Below, piece by piece: positions 24,201 through 32,000 of a DNA stretch of 32,000 nt. The stretch's first letter is position 1. Every line of letters starts with the position of its first letter. The DNA comes from Wallemia ichthyophaga EXF-994. Its lineage: Eukaryota > Fungi > Basidiomycota. Made by a program: the position numbers and the translations under genes. The notes beneath the pieces were generated by a model. It was not told the origin of the DNA, did no database searches, and was given only the letters and a program-made list of their open reading frames with translations. The stretch is taken from positions 80,944 through 112,943 of the forward strand of contig NW_008806294.1 of the NCBI RefSeq assembly GCF_000400465.1, written 5' to 3'.

Positions 24201-25706
24201 AACAGCTGCAGGGCTCTCCGCGAGGCGCTGTCCGCTCAGAAGGTCTTCGCGGCCGCGTGCATGCGCAACATGGACAGCGTGTACGACGCCCTCATGTCGC
24301 GTGCAACCGTACACACGCAGCAGCTGTCCATCGACACACTCAAGGCACTCACCTCGTTCGGACCTGCAGACACGACCGACTGCGATATCGCCGCGCTCAC
24401 CTCGGAGGCGAACCCATGGACGTTCTGTCGGCACAAGATTGCCCTCCGGATCGTCCTTAATTACGGCAGCCACGCGCAGACGTGTCGCGCTGTCATGTCC
24501 GACCTGCTACCCAAGATGCAGGCCAACGGACTGGTGAAGGATATGCTGAGAGGCATTAATGGCCGCGCGGGCACTGAGGTGGGTGCAAGTGTAGTGAGGT
24601 GTTCATTTCCGCTAACAACCCCTTTGCAGCTCGCCAACATGAGCTTCGACAAGATCTTGAGGCTCCTGCTCTCTCTCAAGAACGCTATCGACGCTAATTG
24701 GCTGGCGGATGAGTCGCGTGTCGCCGCTGAAATATACGCCACTGTCGAGTCTATATCTGACGTTCTCCTCTTTCATAAAGCCGTCTTACCGGCTTTCGAT
24801 AAGGACATATACACCAATACAGTCACCAATCTGACGAGCTGTTTCCACGCAATCTTTGCTCCGCGCGAGGAAGCACTGGAGAACGGCGAGGTTGTCGAAG
24901 ACAGCGGGAGTGGGAGTAATAGTGATAACGACGGGCAGTCGCTCGAGGTGTTGTGCAAGTTGCTGCAGTTGCTGCTGCGCACGCCCGACGCGTCGACCGA
25001 CCTGAATAGTCCTTATCTCGGACTCGGCGATGCAGTGCTCCCGTACCTTCTGCGCCGTCTCACCGCGGTGCACGACGAGACGACGTACGACACCGCAGTA
25101 GCCATTCTCGACGCTCTGCCAGAAACGCCACGGAAGGCATTCGATGCGGTGGACACTGCGAATGCTTCTCTCTCGTCGGAGGTCATACGACTGCTCCCCC
25201 CACCCCAGACGCCCTCCGCCGCCAGCCAAACAAGCCACACGTGGGAGCTGCTCGACCAGATTCCCGAGTCTGAGGGCGGTGATAGGCGCGTGCAGTTCAA
25301 CGCCCCCCAACTGCATAAGTGGCTCGACGCCCGCCTCGTTAACGATCACCTCCTTCACGCTAACAAGCACATACCGCTTGAGTACGAGAGGAACGTGCCT
25401 GGAGATGGCCTGGAGGCGGGCCCTGTGCTTGCGTATCAGTTCAGGAGGTCCTTGCGCACCGTGGATCAGATTATGGGCATGAACTCAGTGGCCGATGTTG
25501 GGGATGAGGGTAGTGTTGATGCCGATGGCGATCTCGCCTTTCATTCTAACCTAAAAAAACGTAAGGCTGACGGAGAAGAGGGGGGACTGAGTAATGGCAG
25601 CGTTGACAGCCTCGGTAGCTTCGCGCAGGCTATCATCCACCCTGCACAGCCTCTCGCCACCACAACCACGCAAGCACGAAGAACATCACATAGACGTCGC
25701 ATGTAA
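21213..25706 (+). CDS. MED12: Mediator kinase-module subunit Med12/Srb8, about 4 exons
   Basis: The N-terminal YEQKPPNW...YPDYQPPIPGKDED...VRNGY and LASPEIPLQSL...RSVWLVK match the fungal Med12 N-terminal domain; later LLEWAV...HRCYAVATLL. Introns at 21866-21913, about 22186-22233, and 24579-24629. Confidence 0.85.
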
Positions 25707-26170
25707 GCAATTATACCTAATAGCATCATTGAATTAGAATTGTACATTGTACAGCACAAGGTCTCTCCTCACCGAGACGAAGCCTGTGCAGAATTACAAC
25801 GCTTTCGTCGGAAACCTCGTCAGCCTCAAGGTAACGTCCGGCGTGCACGCGAAGCGGCTCGATGCACTTTGTGCGAGTGTGCAATCCGTCGCCGATAAAA
25901 TCGAATTCACCAGCTCAGCCAGCGGATTCCTCATCGTGAAGGGGAAATGCGATTGCAGGGCTAAGGATATCGGAAAGCTCGTTTACGATAAATTGGATAG
26001 GCTGGTTCTCGACGACATCACTAACGCGTCTGGGTGGTTGCTCGTTCTGCTCGTTTCGCTCGTTTCACTCTCCTGTTTACGACACTATGTACTATCCATG
26101 TATACTAATCCCAACCCTCAATGACCGGTAACATAGGCTCAAGATCCCTCAACTGGATTACCTGCCTTCT

Positions 26171-27022
26171 CTAACGATGCCTTCCCGCTCGCTGAATCAG
26201 CTGCTCCAATTGTCTTTGTCTTCTCTGTTTTCTCTGTCTCTTCCTCTCTCCCTTTTTGTCTACTGCCTGAGCACCCTTCTCAATTGGTGTTATACCCGGC
26301 TTCTCCGGGCTGCGCGCGTCCAATACCTCAATGCAACCGCGTGACGCAACAAACACAATCGTAGAGATGACAATCCAATTATTAATCAAATTATTAACTT
26401 TGGAGCTATCCCATATACTTCTATCTGTCATAAAGTAGCTGTATTTCACGGTGAAGGACGTAAAAGTGTGGAAAATTAAAGTCCCAAATGATGTCCCCAT
26501 AATTGTTAGCAAGACTAAACTGAAGGGGTTATTTTGCCCAAGTCATTATTCATTAGCGCTTTGTAAACAAACAGCTTTTCGGAGATAACGACAGCCAGGA
26601 AAAATGTTCCAGGAGTTATGCAGGGTGCTAAGTAGTCTTTCAGTGTATTGTACCACCTAAGATTTGGTACGGTGATATAGCTGTTAAAGCTCACGTCGAT
26701 TGGGGGAGTAGTGGGATTGATAGCACCAGAACGACGATAACATGTTCAAAACACTTGGCTTTTGGGTTCGATTGTTCAGCTCTAGCGGGTTTATTAGGTG
26801 GTGAAATCTGAATATATGAATTCCTAGGAAATATCCTTCCACCAAAATAAAATAATAGAAAAATCAAAGCTAGGCTCCATAAAACGACAATCAAAAGCAC
26901 AGGACTATCCTTATTAGTTAACATTGGGATTAATGATTTTAATCTTGTTACTGTTTCGACCACGAATATTGATAATTTCACTAATTTTCTAAAAGCAAAC
27001 CCCAAATCAAAAATCGCATCAT
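26171..27022 (-). CDS. Orphan multi-pass membrane protein, about 236 aa, 4 exons
   Basis: Introns 27000-26951, 26694-26657 and 26572-26520 (all GT-AG) join four exons totalling 711 nt in one frame. There are about four hydrophobic segments and a basic C-terminal tail. No family recognised. Confidence 0.55.
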
Positions 27023-27143
27023 TCTACACAAAACTGAAACCGTGTCCATGGTTTAAGTCAGGACTGCCGAGTTCGGGAACGCGGCTCGAGCGAGTGTCGA
27101 GTAAGAATAAAATTAACCGTAAGCGGTTCCTTTCGAAAGCATA

Positions 27144-27713
27144 ATGCACAAAGGTATTCCAGATGTTATGATACCTTTTCTGTCATGTGCTTTTGGGCTC
27201 GAACGGGGCACTAGCTAGCGGTGACAGGGTGTGCGAAGGTGGTTACAGTGTTTTTGCTTGTGTGCTGTGCGCTCTTTACGTAGCTTATTGTGGGGGTCGG
27301 TTGCGCTGGCTAAATGTGGAATATTCCAGATTAGCAGGCCAAATAGTCCTGCAGGTTGCTACACTCATCAAAAGCACTCTGCTGCTATCGGTTCAAGCTG
27401 TTTGTTACTCAGAGATTTTGTTGGCAATAGCCTTGTTCTTCCTGCGAAGGCCGAGTCCACCACGATGCTCACTGCGCTCAACAGATACCTTAACCATGTA
27501 GACCACTCTGTCCTCGATTGGTGGCTTTTATTTGACAGAACTCACTATGTCTAGAGGTATTCAAGCAAGAATGGGCTTTGCGAGGATAAGGAGGATGTCG
27601 TGATCAAATACCTTGACTGGTTTTCTCTTTGCCGGCTCAACGACGATCCCGCTGGTGTTGCTCCCTCAACGAAGTTTAATTCCAGCTATGTAATCTGCGC
27701 ATACACGCGCTAA
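27144..27713 (+). CDS. Possible small hypothetical protein; exon structure uncertain
   Basis: The frame of the 27231 track ORF resumes after TAG (27552) if 27498-27554 is a 57-nt intron, and then ends at TAA 27711-27713. The 5' end is unresolved. Confidence 0.25.
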
Positions 27714-28377
27714 TGATCCGACCACCTTAATTCCTGAGGATATTTAGTGTGCAGGGGAGCGATGGCGTTTGTGCTTTCGGATGCCCGGTCAGCGTGTGCA
27801 TTTGCTGGTGCTGCTGCGCAATGTATTATCTGACTCAACGCTATTCATCGCGCACTTGCAGGATAGAATATAATTACCGACGAGCTTCTGCGAATGTGAC
27901 GTTGCTGAGGGAGGGGCGCCATGACGCCATAATTGACGAAAGCAAATTTTCTCACCCACCGGCCTCGAACGCGTGGTCCCGCATACAGCGCTGCTCTCCA
28001 CTCTCTTTGTGGTGCAGCGGGAAGCGAGCCCGCGCGGAAACCGCTCTCGGACCCAAACAGCTCGACCGCAGGCGCGAACATCCGACCCCCACCCACGCAC
28101 TTCCCGATGCGCTGATGATGATGAGATATGATTTTGATGTTAAGACGATACGTGTTAATAACTGTGTCCATCAATGATTTTTAAAAAATGAGGATAAAGG
28201 GGGTGCTGAATTTACTGGAAGCGTTTCTTAATTAGCGTCGCAATTTTCAAATTGTTGGTGATTCTCAATTAAACTGAACCGCCGGACCCCGCTGCGCCAC
28301 CACGCACCTGCTTGTCAGAGCCACTCGCTTTAATTGCGGATTAATATATAGCCAAGCGTCCTGCTGAAGAGAGGCAG

Positions 28378-28903
28378 TGTAAACGTCTTGATTTTTGTGA
28401 GGTTAAAGTGCACACAAAGAGCAAGGCGCTGAGATTAATAAGAGAATAAGTCTAAATGTATAAGAGTCAAAAAGGAATCGTTCAAATAGTTTAGATTTGG
28501 GGTCTTTCCATTGTTCTTTATTCTCATTGTTCTCATAGCGACCATGATGTCATGTTACCTGTTCCTGCATCTTGCCCGCTGTATTACCTACGAAGGTAGG
28601 GGCACATCCTTATATGCCTACAAGGATGTGGTCCTCCCCGATCAGGTTGCACGGCGGGCGTGACGCAGGAACATGGAGGACAATGGGTTTTAGTGAGAAC
28701 AATGAGAATAAAGAACAATGAAGATTATGCATGATTATGCACGAGAACAATGAAGATAACGAAACAATGGAAATAAAACCTAGAATCTAAACTATTTAAA
28801 CAACTGCTTTTCTTTTGATATATCTCAGACTTAATTCTTTTATTAATCTCAGCGCCTTGCTCTTTGTGTGCAGTTTAAGCTTACAAAGATCAGAGCATGT
28901 ACA
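28378..28903. mobile_element. 526-bp foldback/MITE-like element that is one imperfect palindrome, with TGTA...TACA termini and a 6-bp flanking direct repeat
   Basis: The left arm 28378-28614 is the reverse complement of the right arm 28619-28903, around a TGCC loop. Perfect blocks of 33 bp (28409-28441 / 28840-28872) and 27 bp (28509-28535 / 28694-28720). AGGCAG flanks both ends. No ORF inside. Confidence 0.78.
28509..28770. repeat. Internal ACAATG/CATTGT repeats within the foldback element
   Basis: CATTGTTCT twice in the left arm (28509, 28525). ACAATG five times in the right arm (about 28680, 28699, 28715, 28747, 28764). Tandem GATTATGCA(T/C) at 28723-28742. Confidence 0.8.
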
Positions 28904-28904
28904 A

Positions 28905-28992
28905 GGCAGGATGGCCGAGTGGTCTAAGGCGCACGGTTAAGGCGACAGCATCCGTGTTCGAAAGAGCGAGGGTTCGAATCCCTCTCCTGTCA
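28905..28992 (+). tRNA. tRNA-Leu(AAG) with an 8-nt intron at the canonical 37/38 position
   Basis: Acceptor stem GGCAGGA/TCCTGTC plus discriminator A; D arm GCCGAGTGGTCTAAGGC; anticodon stem CACGG/CCGTG with AAG at 28939-28941; intron CGACAGCA 28943-28950; class II variable arm; T arm GAGGG-TTCGAAT-CCCTC. Confidence 0.95.
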
Positions 28993-28995
28993 AAC

Positions 28996-29000
28996 TTTTT
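28996..29000 (+). terminator. RNA polymerase III oligo-T terminator
   Basis: TTTTT begins 4 nt after the tRNA discriminator base. Confidence 0.8.
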
Positions 29001-29301
29001 GCCTGTAGTATCAGGCTAACCCTATTAGGCTTGGTCTCAGGTTGTCTAATGCATCGAGAATCAGTGTAGTTTTGACTGCTATATAGCAGCTTGAAAGGTC
29101 ATGTTATATAGCCCCTTGTAGCTCCAGTAATTCGATTATTGCATTCAAATTCCGTAACACATACTCAGCACACAACCACACCATCCCCGTATCACAAACG
29201 CGCTCACTTGACCAGTAATTATGCATAGAAGTACAAATGCGATATTAAATATTGTGTTCGAGTTCGCTGGACAGACCGCCAGCGTAAGACAGCACCCAAG
29301 C

Positions 29302-29768
29302 TTAGACGATTGGGAGAGGGGTACAACCTGAAGTGTCAGTTAGCAATGCAAGGTACCATAGTAATCGTATTTACGCACCCAAACCAATGAGGCCGTCTGA
29401 TTCCATGCCCTCGCAACAGACCGGGGTGTTCTTACACTCATCTAGCGCTTTGTCAGCAATGTTTAGGGTGCAACGAAAGAGTACAAACCTTGCAAAGCAA
29501 CTCCGATCAAGAGTGGGACCTGATCACATTGAACACCGACTTGGGACGCAATGTCGCCGGTGGAGATGAGGGAGTCATCCTTGCCGGTGCTGGTTTGAGC
29601 CTTTTTGTTCAAGTCACCTTGGAAGTGTAAGATGGTGTCATGCTACATATACCTATACTTACAGCATGAGACTTTGCCGGTGTTGCATGAGCCAGTCTCG
29701 CTCTTGTCTTCCCAGCCAGCAGAGGCAGCAGCGATAATACCAACAGTGAAGAGAGTTTGAGCGATCAT
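29302..29768 (-). CDS. Class I hydrophobin, 107 aa, 4 exons
   Basis: Missing from the ORF track. Spliced: MIAQTLFTVGIIAAASAGWEDKSETGSCNTGKVSCCDLNKKAQTSTGKDDSLISTGDIASQVGVQCDQVPLLIGVALQDECKNTPVCCEGMESDGLIGLGCTPLPIV. Signal peptide plus C-X6-CC-X29-C-X14-C-X5-CC-X12-C. Confidence 0.95.
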
Positions 29769-31610
29769 TGTGGAGAGATTGGAGATTTTGTTGTAGAAAA
29801 AGAGCAAGAGCACCTCAGCTATTTATGAAGCCAGCATGCCTACGCTAAAAGTCGCATCGAGGACTTGTGGTGAGTATAGCAAAGAGATTCGCATTCATTC
29901 GTCACTAGGCACGAGTATGTGATTATATATCAAACGCGGAAGAATAACTCAACACAGGCGGCATGACCTTAAGATTGCTTTTGTAAGCCATTAATAAATC
30001 TTGCCTCAACTTGATTGTCAAAGGCCTTCAACATTTCACATTTTCCAAGCTGAAACTTACAAGTGGAAACCAAGACACCATGAAGGCGGTGCAGCATGCG
30101 AAATGCAGCGCCCACACTAATACCGTACATATTTAAGTAAATGTGAAAGTGCTGCGAATGGCATGCAGCAATCCAAATTTCGCAAGTAACCTAGAGACGT
30201 TATGAGACCTCAAAACCACTCATCTTGCGACTCATATCTACATCAATGATATCCCGGGACAAATTAATGAGATGGCGGGGATAGTTTCAATTGTGTAAAT
30301 GTTTATATTGACGACCTTAATAAGACAAATCAATTGGACGACTTGAATCTCTCAGAGTTGTTTGAAACTTGGATCGAGCCCTGTACCAACAAAATCTACA
30401 ATCTAGCCATTTCACAGGCTCTCAAGCATTCTAAATCTATACAGATCTCCGCTGTCCCTGCAGTCCACCAGCGTTAGGCAGATCGTTGAGGTTACACTGA
30501 GAGCACTTGAAGGTTTGCAGACTCAACTATCATCGGTTTTGGTTGTTAACTCTGCTCAGCCAAGGAATGGCTTACAGGGAGGGTTTGTGAAAGGGATTGA
30601 TATACATATGCAATAAATTACTGAGGGATTGGATATTTTACGACAGTAGTTTTACTCGGCATATATGAAAAATAAAACTCAATCTGGGAATCTTTTGTGG
30701 GATTCTGGTGACGTGACGAAGAGTTCATGGGATGGCAAGGCACTTCATATGCTGACAATTTGTATAGTTTAGCAAAAATGGCGTTTAATTGCATCCTCAG
30801 CATTCTAGCTACATCTCCATCTCAACCATACGCTCAAAGTATACCTAGTTAGATTTTTCTACTACTGCCTGTCTCACCTCAATGGCTGTTTCACGAGTTT
30901 TGATGATCTCCAAATAAAAGGCTTTATCTGTAGCTCTGGCTGAAATTAATATGATTTTCCCAGATTTATATCGCTGACACACCGAATTGCGCCCTGCACG
31001 CTGTTCAGAAGCGGTGATCCGACATTGCTCTGAAGCATGTCATAGACGAGATGCTGTGGATTTAACTGAATTCAACAACAAAAGCAATATTCTCCCACTG
31101 ATAGCGATTACTAGCATCCCAAAATCTCAATTATTTACCCATCTAGACGCGTTTTACGTCTTCCGACGCTTAGAGTCTACAGAACTTCATATTAGCACCA
31201 GGGGAAAAGCAAGACCCCTTTTATTCGTTGCATACCCGGAGAAAAGTGCTTAAGTGCAGAAAAGTAGGCGTTAATCATACTCCGAAATCGGGGGTTTGGC
31301 TTCTGATAGTACATTTCGAAAAACCAAATAATGGGAATGGAGAACTAGATAGGTTTGCATTAGAACCTTCGGAAGTACGATAGTAATTCTAGTTACTCAT
31401 CTTGACATAGAGAGCTCATTGAACAGACGTACATAAAAGAAATCGACCATCCTAGCACAGTAGCTGTTTAGAAGACTAGAATCTTGTTGAACACTCATAA
31501 CAGCAAACCAATAACTCAAGAATTATGCATAGAGGTACAGATACGAGATGAGTTGGGTAGTGTTCTAGAGCTGGTCAAGTAGGATGCCAAATTAAGCAGT
31601 AAATCTCAGT

Positions 31611-32000
31611 TTAGACGATTGGGAGAGCGTCACAGCCTGTGCAAAAGGTGAGACAAGTAGATAGATATCAAACCCCAACTTACCAAGACCGATTGCAGAC
31701 TCGCTGTCGTAGTCCTCGCAACAGACTGGGGTGTTCTTGCACTCGTCTGTAGATCGTCAGCTTTAAGAAGGATATGAAACTTTTACGAACCCTCGATAGC
31801 AACTCCGATCAAGAGTGGGACTTGGTCACATTGTACACCGATTTGGGATGCAATGTCGCCGGTGGAGATGAGAGCATCGTTCTTTCCGGTGCTGGTTTGA
31901 GCCTTCTTGTTCAAATCGCCTTAGGAGTGTGAGATGATGTCAAGCTACACATCTCACATACTTACAGCATTGAATAGAACCAGTGTTGCAAGAGCCAGTC
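31611..32000 (-). CDS. Class I hydrophobin paralog, 5' end beyond the window
   Basis: Spliced: ...TGSCNTGSIQCCDLNKKAQTSTGKNDALISTGDIASQIGVQCDQVPLLIGVAIEDECKNTPVCCEDYDSESAIGLGCDALPIV*. Same 8-Cys spacing and same three intron positions as the 29302-29768 gene. Confidence 0.95.

Larger units (their letters stand above)
28372..28909 (+). repeat. Putative 6-bp target-site duplication AGGCAG (28372-28377 and 28904-28909)
   Basis: An exact hexamer directly abuts both palindrome termini. The right copy is positions -1 to +5 of tRNA-Leu. Confidence 0.7.

Noticed and set aside
3978-24742. Numerous antisense and alternative-frame ORFs inside RRP12, NUP170, PWWP, ERO1 and MED12
   Set aside because: They are shadows of real coding sequence with biased or low-complexity composition.
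5947-26252. Shared GGGAGAGAGGA motif near the ends of two orphan genes as a programmed frameshift signal
   Set aside because: Purine-rich tracts are stop-poor in all frames, the implied shifts differ between the two genes, and there is no slippery heptamer or downstream structure.
27749-28177. Several overlapping 60-142 aa ORFs on both strands
   Set aside because: GC-rich sequence with mostly non-ATG starts, no recognisable motif and no consistent splice model; most likely chance ORFs.
28110-28210. Possible C/D snoRNA (TGATGA ... CTGA about 90 nt apart)
   Set aside because: The TGATGA comes from an ATG/TGA microsatellite, there is no terminal stem, and I recognise no rRNA-complementary guide.
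28690-28770. CRISPR-like repeat array
   Set aside because: Eukaryotic context, repeats of only 6-12 nt with irregular spacing, and no cas genes.
28378-28903. Solo LTR interpretation of the TG...CA element next to a tRNA
   Set aside because: Solo LTRs have only short terminal inverted repeats and usually 4-5-bp TSDs. This element is self-complementary over its whole length and has a 6-bp duplication.
8836-30878. Shared CCTGTCTCACC 11-mer in the SDR upstream region and the hydrophobin intergenic region
   Set aside because: Many 11-mer matches are expected by chance in 32 kb, and there is no extended similarity.

Overview
Compact, intron-containing fungal genomic DNA (basidiomycete-like; spliceosomal introns of about 38-59 nt). 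The gene density, short introns and tandem acidic hydrophobins are most consistent with Wallemia, but that is inference. Bases 1-25.7 kb are densely packed, mostly housekeeping genes: RCC1-like (partial), RDS3/PHF5A, GOT1, RRP12, a possibly defective orphan, an NADP-mannitol dehydrogenase-like SDR, NUP170/NUP155, MGM101, a DUF6593-like orphan, NAP1, a PWWP protein, ERO1, a UBA-ZnF-UBX protein and MED12. Bases 25.7-32 kb are gene-sparse and accessory-like: an orphan membrane protein, a tRNA-Leu(AAG) with an 8-nt intron, and two tandem class I hydrophobins. The main finding is a 526-bp element (28378-28903) that is one imperfect palindrome from end to end. It has TGTA...TACA termini, a 4-nt central loop and a 6-bp direct repeat (AGGCAG) on each side. 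The right-hand repeat is positions -1 to +5 of the tRNA-Leu gene, so it looks like a non-autonomous foldback transposon inserted at the tRNA 5' end, leaving the tRNA intact. All gene names come from recognising translated sequence by eye; no database search was run.
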